DNA from: a virus | Lineage: Duplodnaviria; Heunggongvirae; Uroviricota; Caudoviricetes | Reading direction: 5' to 3' (one strand) | DNA length: 16,516 nucleotides | IMG/VR virus record: IMGVR_UViG_3300010261_000025 | Location: 1 to 16,516 of that record | Shown here: piece by piece, positions 7,700 to 15,457 of the stretch | How the letters are laid out: each line of letters begins with the position of its first letter | Numbering within the stretch: the first letter of the stretch is position 1 | Program-made: the position numbers and the translations under genes | Notes under the pieces: model-generated | What the model was told of the DNA's origin: nothing | The model's database searches: none | Seen by the model: the letters and a program-made list of their open reading frames with translations, nothing else

Positions 7700-8758
7700 A
7701 TGAAGAAGAATACCCGCTTTGCTTTTAACGCTTACCTGCAGCAGCTGGCGCGTCTGAATGGTGTGGCAGTTGAAGAACTGTCCAGCAAATTCACTGTGGA
7801 GCCGTCTGTGCAGCAGACGCTGGAAGACCAGATCCAGCAGTCCGCCGCTTTCCTGACGCTGATTAACGTCACGCCAGTGACTGAGCAGTCCGGTCAGCTG
7901 CTGGGGCTGGGTGTTGGCAGCACCATTGCCGGAACCACTGACACCACCGCGAAAGAGCGTGAACCTGTCGATCCGACGCTGATGGTCGATGTGGAATATA
8001 AATGCGAGCAGACCAACTTTGACACGGTGCTGACCTACGCGAAGCTGGACCTGTGGGCGAAGTTTCAGGATTTCCAGGTGCGTATCCGTGACGCCATCGT
8101 GAAACGTCAGGCACTGGACCGCATCATGATCGGCTTTAACGGCGTGAAGCGTGCGAAAACCTCCAACCGTAGTGAAAACCCGCTGCTGCAGGATGTAAAC
8201 AAAGGCTGGCTGCAGAAAATCCGTGAGGATGCACCGGATCACGTCATGGGCAGCACCACCACGGGCGGTGAAACCACACCGGGCGCGGTGAAAGTCGGTA
8301 AAGGTGGCGAATATGCCAACCTGGACGCCGTGGTGATGGATGCCGTTAATGAGCTTATCGACGTGGTCTACCAGGACGATGACGATCTGGTGGTGATTTG
8401 CGGCCGTGAACTGCTGTCTGACAAGTATTTCCCGCTGGTCAACAAAGAGCAGGAAAACAGTGAAAAACTCGCTGCCGATATGATCATCAGTCAGAAACGC
8501 ATGGGTGGCCTGCAGGCGGTGCGTGCGCCGTTCTTCCCGCCGAATGCACTGCTGATCACCCGTCTGGATAACCTGTCCATCTACTGGCAGGAAGACACCC
8601 GCCGCCGTTCAGTTATCGACAACCCGAAACGTGACCGGATTGAAAACTTTGAATCCGTTAATGAAGCCTATGTGGTTGAGGACTACCGCTGCGCCGCACT
8701 GGTGGAAAACATCCAGATTGGTGATTTCATCGCCGCCGCAGCCGAAACTGGAGCGTAA
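7700..8758 (+). CDS. N: Major capsid protein GpN
   Basis: 352-aa ORF directly downstream of O, with P2 N-like size and order. Confidence 0.9.
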   Translation: MKKNTRFAFNAYLQQLARLNGVAVEELSSKFTVEPSVQQTLEDQIQQSAAFLTLINVTPVTEQSGQLLGLGVGSTIAGTTDTTAKEREPVDPTLMVDVEYKCEQTNFDTVLTYAKLDLWAKFQDFQVRIRDAIVKRQALDRIMIGFNGVKRAKTSNRSENPLLQDVNKGWLQKIREDAPDHVMGSTTTGGETTPGAVKVGKGGEYANLDAVVMDAVNELIDVVYQDDDDLVVICGRELLSDKYFPLVNKEQENSEKLAADMIISQKRMGGLQAVRAPFFPPNALLITRLDNLSIYWQEDTRRRSVIDNPKRDRIENFESVNEAYVVEDYRCAALVENIQIGDFIAAAAETGA

Positions 8759-8761
8759 TCC

Positions 8762-9412
8762 ATGAGCCTGAGTCCCGCACGGCAGCATCGCCTGCGCGTT
8801 CAGGCTGAACAGGCCGCCCGCGAGGGCGGCAGTGTTCGCCACGCATCGGGCTATGACCTGATGCTGCTGCAACTGGCGGAAGACCGCCGCCGTCTCAAGG
8901 GCGTTCAGTCCACGGTCAAAAAAGCGGAAATCAAGGTGGAGCTGCTGCCGAAATATGCCGCCTGGGCGGAGGGAGTCCTGGATGCCGGAGGCGCTCAACA
9001 GGATGACGTGCTGATGTACGTGATGCTGTGGCGCATTGATGCCGGAGATTATGCCGGGGCGCTGGAGATCGGGCGTCATGCCCTGCGTCATGGCTGGGTG
9101 ATGCCGCTGGGTAACCGCAATGTGCAGACCGTGCTGGCAGAGGAAATGGCAGACGCGGCACAGAGCGCAATGCTTGCCACTACCGGGTTTGATGCCGATC
9201 TGTTGCTGCAGACGCTGGAGCTGACAGACGGTCTGGATATGCCGGACCAGTCACGGGCGCGTCTGCATAAAGCGATTGGCGCTGTCCTGAGTGAAAGCAA
9301 TCCGGCTTCCGCCCTTAATCATCTCAACCAGGCGTTACAGCTCGATCCCCGCTGTGGCGTGAAAAAAGACAAACAGCAGCTGGAGCGCAGACTGCGCAAT
9401 GACAGCCGCTGA
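8762..9412 (+). CDS. M: Terminase endonuclease (small) subunit GpM
   Basis: 216-aa ORF starting 4 nt after the N stop; RBS GGAG; P2 gene order N-M-L. Confidence 0.85.
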   Translation: MSLSPARQHRLRVQAEQAAREGGSVRHASGYDLMLLQLAEDRRRLKGVQSTVKKAEIKVELLPKYAAWAEGVLDAGGAQQDDVLMYVMLWRIDAGDYAGALEIGRHALRHGWVMPLGNRNVQTVLAEEMADAAQSAMLATTGFDADLLLQTLELTDGLDMPDQSRARLHKAIGAVLSESNPASALNHLNQALQLDPRCGVKKDKQQLERRLRNDSR

Positions 9413-9507
9413 CAGAACGTGCCCCCGCGCACGGGCGGCACGGGGTGGCGAAAGGCACTGCCACATCAAAACCCCGTCCACCGCCCTCTATTTCAGGAGA
9501 AAGCAGC

Positions 9508-9972
9508 ATGAAGTTTGTTGCGCCAGAACAGGCACCGGAACAGGCGGAAATCATCAGGAATACGCCGTTCTGGCCTGATGTGGACTTGTCGGAGTTTCGC
9601 AGTGTCATGCGCACTGACGGCACGGTGACGCAGCCGCGTTTAAAGCAGGTTGCGCTGTCGGCAATTTCGGAGGTCAACGCAGAGCTGTATGAGTTTCGCA
9701 GACGCCAGCAGATGCTGGGGTATGCCTCGCTGGAAGAGGTTCCGGCAGAACAGCTGGACGGGAAAAGTGAGCGCATTCAGCACTATTTCAACGCGGTTTA
9801 CTGCTGGGCACGCGCCATGCTCAACGAACGATACCAGGACTATGACGCCACGGTATCCGGTGTGAAGCGGGGCGAGGAACTGGCAGAAGCCAGCGGTGAT
9901 TTGTGGCGTGACGCCCGCTGGGCCATCAGTCGGGTGCAGGATGCGCCGCATTGCACAGTGGAGCTTATCTGA
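9508..9972 (+). CDS. L: Head completion/stabilisation protein GpL
   Basis: ATG at 9508 is preceded by CAGGAGAAAGCAGC, a good RBS; the TPFWPDVD motif lies near the N-terminus. The ORF track's upstream start at 9445 is a GTG with no RBS. Confidence 0.8.
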   Translation: MKFVAPEQAPEQAEIIRNTPFWPDVDLSEFRSVMRTDGTVTQPRLKQVALSAISEVNAELYEFRRRQQMLGYASLEEVPAEQLDGKSERIQHYFNAVYCWARAMLNERYQDYDATVSGVKRGEELAEASGDLWRDARWAISRVQDAPHCTVELI

Positions 9973-10175
9973 TGAAAGTGCGTGCGCATCAGTATGACAC
10001 GGTGGACGCGCTTTGCTGGCGTCATTACGGGCGCACGCAGGGTGTCACGGAGCAGGTACTGAAGGCAAATCCGGGGCTTGCCGAATTTGGCCCCTTTTTA
10101 CCTCACGGGCTGCAGGTGGAGCTGCCGGACATTCCGACCACCACTACCGTGCAGACCGTCCAGCTATGGGACTGA
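9972..10175 (+). CDS. X: Tail protein GpX (LysM-like)
   Basis: 67-aa ORF whose ATG overlaps the L stop (TGATG), with the size and position of P2 X. Confidence 0.8.
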   Translation: MKVRAHQYDTVDALCWRHYGRTQGVTEQVLKANPGLAEFGPFLPHGLQVELPDIPTTTTVQTVQLWD

Positions 10176-10178
10176 ATT

Positions 10179-10394
10179 ATGACGCTTGAGCGAATCAGCG
10201 CCTTTATCACGTATTGCATCGCCGTTGTGCTGGCCTGGCTGGGCGATTTGTCCATCAAGGATGCCTCAACGCTGGGCGGCCTGATGATCGGTGTGCTGAT
10301 GCTGGCTATCAACTGGTACTACAAACACAAAGCCTACCAGCTTCTGCGCGACGGGCAGATCTCGCGGGAGGACTATGAATCCATCAATCGTTAA
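10179..10394 (+). CDS. Holin, probably a pinholin (71 aa, two TM segments)
   Basis: Two hydrophobic segments (AFITYCIAVVLAWLG and LGGLMIGVLMLAINWYY) and a charged C-terminus. Lies immediately upstream of, and overlapping, the endolysin gene. Confidence 0.7.
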   Translation: MTLERISAFITYCIAVVLAWLGDLSIKDASTLGGLMIGVLMLAINWYYKHKAYQLLRDGQISREDYESINR

Positions 10395-10890
10395 ACGCTG
10401 CCTTGTCGGGGCTGTGCTGGCTATTGCTGCCACGCTGCCGGGTTTTCAGCAACTTCACACCTCCGTGGAGGGGCTGAAACTGATTGCCGATTACGAAGGC
10501 TGTCGTCTGCAGCCGTATCAGTGCAGCGCGGGTGTCTGGACCGACGGCATTGGTAATACATCTGGCGTCATTCCAGGCAAAACTATTACGGAACGACAGG
10601 CAGCGGAAGGGCTGATCTCCAACGTGCTACGTGTGGAGCGGGCGCTGGAAAGATGTGTGAAGCAACAGCCGCCGCAGAAGGTGTATGACTCGGTGGTGTC
10701 GTTTGCCTTCAACGTGGGAACGGGCAATGCCTGCAGTTCCACACTGGTGAAATTACTCAATCAGCGGCGCTGGGCAGATGCGTGCCGACAGTTGCCGCGC
10801 TGGGTGTATGTAAAAGGTGTTTTTAATCAGGGGCTGGATAACCGCCGTGCGCGGGAGATGGCCTGGTGCCTTAAAGGAGCTGGACTATGA
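10375..10890 (+). CDS. Endolysin, T4-lysozyme-like (GH24) with an N-terminal SAR (signal-anchor-release) domain
   Basis: Gly/Ala-rich weakly hydrophobic N-terminus (CLVGAVLAIAATLPG), then the catalytic E-8aa-D-5aa-T triad pattern (EGLKLIADYEGCRLQPYQCSAGVWTDGIGNT). RBS GGAGG before the ATG. Confidence 0.85.
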   Translation: MNPSIVKRCLVGAVLAIAATLPGFQQLHTSVEGLKLIADYEGCRLQPYQCSAGVWTDGIGNTSGVIPGKTITERQAAEGLISNVLRVERALERCVKQQPPQKVYDSVVSFAFNVGTGNACSSTLVKLLNQRRWADACRQLPRWVYVKGVFNQGLDNRRAREMAWCLKGAGL

Positions 10891-11315
10891 CGCGTGCGCT
10901 GGCAGTAGTGGTGGCGCTGATACTCGTTGCGCTGGGCTGGCAGTCGTGGCGGCTTAACAGCGCCAGCCACACCATCGAAACGCAGCGCGCGGCGCTAGAA
11001 AGTAAAGCGCAGGAACTAACGAAGAAAAATAGCCAGTTGATCAGTCTGTCCATTCTGGCTGAAACCAACAACCGGGAGCAGGCGCGGCTCTATGCCGAAT
11101 CAGAACAGACCAGCGCGCTGCTGAGACAACGACAACACCGGATCGAGGAACTGAAACGTGAGAACGCGGATTTACGCCGCTGGGCTGATATTCCTTTGCC
11201 TACTGACATTATCCGGCTGCGGGAACGTCCGACACTCACCGGAGGTGCAGCTTACCGTCAGTGGTTGTCCGCGAGTGACGCCGTGTCGGCTGGATCAGGC
11301 AACGCCGCGCACTAA
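10887..11315 (+). CDS. lysB: LysB-like inner-membrane spanin (i-spanin)
   Basis: N-terminal TM segment (LAVVVALILVALGW) followed by a coiled-coil-like, charged periplasmic region. Position after the endolysin as in P2 lysB. Confidence 0.7.
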   Translation: MTRALAVVVALILVALGWQSWRLNSASHTIETQRAALESKAQELTKKNSQLISLSILAETNNREQARLYAESEQTSALLRQRQHRIEELKRENADLRRWADIPLPTDIIRLRERPTLTGGAAYRQWLSASDAVSAGSGNAAH

Positions 11316-11448
11316 CGGTGATCTGAACGCGTTGCTGGATGAAACGGAGGCCGCCTGGGCGGTCTGTGCAGACAAAGTGGATATGATTATTGCTTGTCAG
11401 GAGCGAAACAGTGAACAAACCACAATCCCTGCGCCACGCCCTCAATAA
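11158..11448 (+). CDS. lysC: LysC-like outer-membrane lipoprotein spanin (o-spanin), overlapping the 3' part of lysB in another frame
   Basis: Signal peptide with lipobox (LLTLSGC). Starts inside the i-spanin gene and extends beyond it, the overlapped spanin architecture known for P2 LysB/LysC. Confidence 0.6.
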   Translation: MRTRIYAAGLIFLCLLTLSGCGNVRHSPEVQLTVSGCPRVTPCRLDQATPRTNGDLNALLDETEAAWAVCADKVDMIIACQERNSEQTTIPAPRPQ

Positions 11449-11842
11449 AGCGGTGCCTTATGTCCGCAATAACCCGGACAAACTGCATCTGTTTGTGGAT
11501 AACGGTTCGCTGGTTGCCACGGGGGCCAGCTCCATGTCATGGGAGTACCGCTACACCCTGAACGTGGTGATTGAGGATTTCAGCGGCGACCAGAATCTGC
11601 TGATGGCCCCGGTTTTGCTGTGGTTGCGGGATAACCAGCCCGATGCCATCAATAACCCGGCGTTACGGGAAAAGCTATTCACCTTTGAGGTGGATATTCT
11701 GCGCAACGATGTCTGTGATATCAGCCTTAACCTGCAACTGACGGAGCGTGTGCTGGTCAGCACTGACGGCAGTGTGTCGAACGTTGAAGCGGTAGCGGAA
11801 CCTGATGAACCTGAAGAAATGTGGACGGTGAAACGTGGCTGA
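11411..11842 (+). CDS. R: Tail completion protein GpR
   Basis: GTG at 11411 preceded by AGGAG. Translation (HLFVDNGSLVATGASSMSWEYRYTLNVVIEDFSGD ... WLRDNQPD) resembles P2 R. Confidence 0.8.
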   Translation: MNKPQSLRHALNKAVPYVRNNPDKLHLFVDNGSLVATGASSMSWEYRYTLNVVIEDFSGDQNLLMAPVLLWLRDNQPDAINNPALREKLFTFEVDILRNDVCDISLNLQLTERVLVSTDGSVSNVEAVAEPDEPEEMWTVKRG

Positions 11843-12281
11843 ACTGCAGAAGGTGGACGACTGGCTGAGTGCATTATTGGCGAATCTGGAGCCAGCCGCA
11901 AGAAGCCGCATGATGCGCCAGCTGGCGCAGGAACTGCGCCGGACACAGCAGCAGAACATCAGGATGCAGCGCAATCCAGATGGCAGCAGTTATGAGCCGC
12001 GCAGGGTAACAGCACGCAGCAAAAAGGGGCGCATCAAACGTCAGATGTTTGCGAAGCTGCGCACCACAAAATACCTGAAAACTGCCGCCAGCGCCGACTC
12101 TGCCAGCGTGCAGTTTGAAGGCAAGGTGCAGCGCATTGCCCGCGTTCATCACTACGGCCTGCGTGATCGCGTCAGTCGCAAAGGACCTGAGGTCCGTTAT
12201 GCAGAGCGTCGTTTGTTAGGGGGGAATGATGAAGTAGAAACTCGAACTAGGAATATCCTAGTTCGATGGCTTATAAGTTAG
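11835..12281 (+). CDS. S: Tail completion protein GpS; the 3' end runs into AT-rich inserted DNA
   Basis: GTG start overlaps the R stop. P2 S-like size and order. The last ~18 codons are encoded by AT-rich sequence containing a perfect 10-bp inverted repeat. Confidence 0.8.
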   Translation: MAELQKVDDWLSALLANLEPAARSRMMRQLAQELRRTQQQNIRMQRNPDGSSYEPRRVTARSKKGRIKRQMFAKLRTTKYLKTAASADSASVQFEGKVQRIARVHHYGLRDRVSRKGPEVRYAERRLLGGNDEVETRTRNILVRWLIS

Positions 12282-12937
12282 CTCTTATTTTTGGATGAGC
12301 GTAAAAGACTCATTAATTCTATGATGATTTTTTCTTGAAGTAGATTGGGGGTTTTTTCGAAACTTACATTGTGTTCACGTAATGTTTGAATGATTTTGCC
12401 GAACTCATCAGTATCACCTTGCGATAGTAAGAATGCAATTCTCTGGTTGTCATAGTCGTTGCTCATTTGCATGTTGTATTTAATGAACACAATAAATAAC
12501 CGAAGTATATATCCAGTGAATAATATTCCAGATAAGATTAGTAAATAAGGTGCCGCGGTTTCAATGGCTTTTTCAAAGGTGCTTTTAGTATTTAGGTATG
12601 TTGAATTAATACCTGATTCATTTTTTTTGATTATCGGGTTTGAATTTTTTGAAGCGTTGAGGTTTTCTGATGCTTGTGCAAGTTTATCAGTTAACTGTTG
12701 CATGGCGGTGAACTTTTCGAAAGCAGATTCTATTTGCTGAGAGCTCAATCTAAGTGAGGCAAGTGCATTGTCACGCTTATTACTTTCTGCTTTATAAAAA
12801 ATATAAGTTGCAGGAATGCAGAGTACAGCAGTTAATAAAATATATAAAAATAAGAGCGTAGTAATTTTAGAGCGGCTAGCTCGTTTTTCCATTGTTTTCA
12901 ATATTTCGTTATATTTTTGTTCGTCAAGAACCATCAT
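12278..12937 (-). CDS. Hypothetical two-TM membrane protein (~220 aa) encoded by an AT-rich moron between S and V; candidate superinfection-exclusion/defence protein
   Basis: Tandem ATG ATG at 12937-12932 (minus strand) preceded by AAGGA. The ORF-track start at 13039 would overlap the V start, so it is unlikely. TM segments ITTLLFLYILLTAVLCIPATYIFY and APYLLILSGILFTGYILRLFIVFI flank a coiled-coil-like segment. Opposite orientation to the late genes, at the position of P2 orf30. Confidence 0.6.
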   Translation of the reverse strand: MMVLDEQKYNEILKTMEKRASRSKITTLLFLYILLTAVLCIPATYIFYKAESNKRDNALASLRLSSQQIESAFEKFTAMQQLTDKLAQASENLNASKNSNPIIKKNESGINSTYLNTKSTFEKAIETAAPYLLILSGILFTGYILRLFIVFIKYNMQMSNDYDNQRIAFLLSQGDTDEFGKIIQTLREHNVSFEKTPNLLQEKIIIELMSLLRSSKNKS

Positions 12938-12964
12938 CTTAAATTTTATCCTTGGAAGATACAT

Positions 12965-12982
12965 TGTGCCATTTATAGCACA
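12965..12982 (+). promoter_or_regulatory. Late-promoter activator site (TGT-N12-ACA) for a P_V-like promoter upstream of V
   Basis: TGTGCCATTTATAGCACA sits inside a perfect 9-bp inverted repeat (TACATTGTG ... CACAATGTA), about 50-65 nt upstream of the V ATG. P2 has a late promoter upstream of V. Confidence 0.5.
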
Positions 12983-13029
12983 ATGTACCTGATCTACCGT
13001 AGAAGTCGATAATTCATCATCCTTAGTAG

Positions 13030-13608
13030 ATGAACGCACAACTAACAGAAATCATGCGCCTTATCACCAACCTGATCCGCACAGGGGTAGTCACCGAAGT
13101 GGACCGGGAAAACTGGCTTTGCCGGGTGAAAACGGGCGAGCTTGAAACCAACTGGATCAGCTGGCTGACGCTGCGTGCCGGGAATGCCCGCACATGGTGG
13201 CGACCATCGGAAGGTGAGCAGGTGGTGGTGCTGAGTCTGGGAGGCAATCTGGAAACTGCCTTTGCGTTGCCCGCAGTCTATTCGAATCAGTTCGCGCCAC
13301 CTTCGACGTCGGCGGACGCCTGCGTGACAGAACATCCTGACGGTGGCTGGTTTGAATACGAACCCGCCACCGGGCGCTGGTATGTCAGGGGCATCAAATC
13401 CATGGTCATTGAGGCTGCCGACAACATCACCCTGAAAACCAGTGAGTTTGTGCTGGAGGCTGACCGCACGCGTATTAACAGCGAAGTAGTGATCAATGGT
13501 GGCGTTACCCAGGGCGGCGGTGCAATGAGTTCTAACGGAATTGTGGTTGATGCACATCAGCATACTGGCGTCCTGAAAGGCGGCGATACAACCGGAGGCC
13601 CGGTATGA
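13030..13608 (+). CDS. V: Baseplate spike / assembly protein GpV
   Basis: 192-aa ORF with the conserved motif WWRPSEGEQVVVLSLGGNLETAFALPAVYS (compare P2 V TWWAPSVGEQVLILAVGGELDTAFVLPGIYS) and an HTG motif at the C-terminus. Confidence 0.85.
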   Translation: MNAQLTEIMRLITNLIRTGVVTEVDRENWLCRVKTGELETNWISWLTLRAGNARTWWRPSEGEQVVVLSLGGNLETAFALPAVYSNQFAPPSTSADACVTEHPDGGWFEYEPATGRWYVRGIKSMVIEAADNITLKTSEFVLEADRTRINSEVVINGGVTQGGGAMSSNGIVVDAHQHTGVLKGGDTTGGPV

Positions 13609-13964
13609 CGCTTTATAGCGGGATGAACAATACCAGCGGCAAAGTCATTACTGATATTGACCATCTGCGCCAGTCGGTGCGGGACATTCTGCTGACGCCG
13701 CAGGGTAGCCGCATTGCCCGTCGGGAATATGGTTCCCTGCTGTCGGCACTGATAGACCAGCCACAAAATCCGGCGTTACGCCTGCAGGTCATGTCGGCAG
13801 TGTATGTGGCGCTGAGTCGCTGGGAGCCACGGCTGATGCTGGATTCCATCACCATCAACAGCAACTTTGACGGTTCTATGGTGGTGGAGCTGACCGGGCG
13901 GCGGAATAACGGTGTGCCTGTGTCCCTTTCCGTATCAACAGGAGCAGAGAATGGCAGTGATTGA
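13605..13964 (+). CDS. W: Baseplate wedge protein GpW (gp25-like)
   Basis: 119-aa ORF overlapping the V stop (ATGA), with the size and position of P2 W. Confidence 0.85.
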   Translation: MTLYSGMNNTSGKVITDIDHLRQSVRDILLTPQGSRIARREYGSLLSALIDQPQNPALRLQVMSAVYVALSRWEPRLMLDSITINSNFDGSMVVELTGRRNNGVPVSLSVSTGAENGSD

Positions 13965-14859
13965 CCTTTCGCAGTTGCCTGCACCGCAGATTGTGGATGT
14001 GCCGGACTTTGAGACGCTGCTTGCCGAACGCAAGGCTGAATTTGTGGCGCTTCATCCTAAAGATGAACAGGAAGCCGTGATCCGTACGCTGGAATTGGAA
14101 TCTGAACCCGTCACCAAATTGTTGCAGGAGAACGCTTACCGTGAGTTGCTTCTGCGCCAGCGCATTAACGAAGCCGCGCAGGCGGTGATGGTGGCTTACG
14201 CGATGGGCGGCGATCTTGACCAGCTCGCTGCCAACTACAACGTGAAACGCCTGACGGTGACGCCTGCTGATAATGATGCTGTGCCGCCCGTTGCGGCTGT
14301 GATGGAAAGTGATGAAGCGTTACGCCTGCGTGTGCCTGCAGCCTTTGAAGGGCTTTCAGTTGCGGGGCCAACTGCAGCTTATGAATTTCATGCCCGAAGC
14401 GCCGACGGTCGGGTGGCGGATGCCAGTGCAACCAGCCCGGCACCTGCAGAGGTGGTGCTGACTGTCCTTAGCCGCGAAGGCGATGGAACTGCAGAAAAAG
14501 ACCTGCTGGACGTGGTGGAAAAAGCTCTGAACAGTGAGAACGTCCGCCCGGTGGCTGACCGTCTTACGGTTCGCAGCGCAGAAATCATCCCGTATCGCGT
14601 GGAAGCCACCATTTTTCTCTATCCGGGACCGGAAGCAGAGCCGGTAATGGCAGCGGCAAAAGCCAGTCTGCAGAAGTACATTGCCAGCCAGACGAGGCTT
14701 GGTCGGGATATTCGCCGTAGCGCCATCTTTGCTGCTCTGCATGTTGAGGGTGTTCAACGTGTGGAACTGGCTTCCCCGCAGGCGGACGTGGTCCTGAACA
14801 AAACGCAGGCGGCATCATGTACGCAGTGGAGCGTGACCAACGGGGGAACGGATGAATAG
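13951..14859 (+). CDS. J: Baseplate assembly protein GpJ
   Basis: ATG at 13951 preceded by GGAGCAGAGA; about 302 aa, matching P2 J in size and order. Confidence 0.85.
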   Translation: MAVIDLSQLPAPQIVDVPDFETLLAERKAEFVALHPKDEQEAVIRTLELESEPVTKLLQENAYRELLLRQRINEAAQAVMVAYAMGGDLDQLAANYNVKRLTVTPADNDAVPPVAAVMESDEALRLRVPAAFEGLSVAGPTAAYEFHARSADGRVADASATSPAPAEVVLTVLSREGDGTAEKDLLDVVEKALNSENVRPVADRLTVRSAEIIPYRVEATIFLYPGPEAEPVMAAAKASLQKYIASQTRLGRDIRRSAIFAALHVEGVQRVELASPQADVVLNKTQAASCTQWSVTNGGTDE

Positions 14860-15457
14860 TCTGCTGCCACCGGGTTCAACGCCACTGGAGCGCCGACTGG
14901 CGCAAACCTGTAGCGGGATTTCTGATCTGCAGGTGTCACTGCGTGACTTGTGGAATCCGGCAACCTGTCCGGTCAGTTTCCTGCCTTATCTCGCCTGGGC
15001 GTTCTCTGTGGATCGCTGGGACGAGGGCTGGACAGAAAGCGTCAAACGCCAGGTAGTGAAGGATGCTTTTTATATTCATCAGCACAAAGGAACCACCAGT
15101 GCCGTACGGCGGGTGGTGGAGCCGTTCGGCTTCCTGATCCGCATTATTGAGTGGTGGCAGACCGGAGAAACACCGGGCACGTTTCGTCTGGACATTGGTG
15201 TGCAGGACCAGGGCATCACTGAAGATACCTATCTGGAACTTGAGCGACTGATAAGCGATGCCAAACCATGTAGCCGTCATATGATCGGCATGTCCATCAA
15301 TCTGCAGACCAGCGGCCCGCATTGGGTGGGAGCCGCCAGTTATCTTGGCGAAGAAATCACGATCTATCCGTATATCAACGAAACAATTATTTCCGGCGGC
15401 ACCGCGTATGAAGGCGGGGCGGTCCATGTTATTGACACAATGAGAGTGAATCCATGA
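14852..15457 (+). CDS. I: Baseplate / tail-fibre attachment protein GpI
   Basis: 201-aa ORF overlapping the J stop, in the P2 order J-I-H. Confidence 0.85.
   Translation: MNSLLPPGSTPLERRLAQTCSGISDLQVSLRDLWNPATCPVSFLPYLAWAFSVDRWDEGWTESVKRQVVKDAFYIHQHKGTTSAVRRVVEPFGFLIRIIEWWQTGETPGTFRLDIGVQDQGITEDTYLELERLISDAKPCSRHMIGMSINLQTSGPHWVGAASYLGEEITIYPYINETIISGGTAYEGGAVHVIDTMRVNP

Noticed and set aside
7580-8242. 220-aa minus-strand ORF, plus 7153-7608 and 7203-7598
   Set aside because: Antisense to scaffold O and capsid N; low-complexity Arg/Gln-rich translation typical of shadow frames in GC-rich genes.
9445-9507. Upstream GTG start for head completion gene L
   Set aside because: No Shine-Dalgarno sequence is present, whereas the in-frame ATG at 9508 has a well-spaced AGGAGA.
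12938-13039. N-terminal 34 codons of the ORF-track minus-strand ORF (start at 13039)
   Set aside because: This extension overlaps the V start codon and the late-promoter palindrome; the internal ATG ATG at 12937 has an RBS and is the more plausible start.
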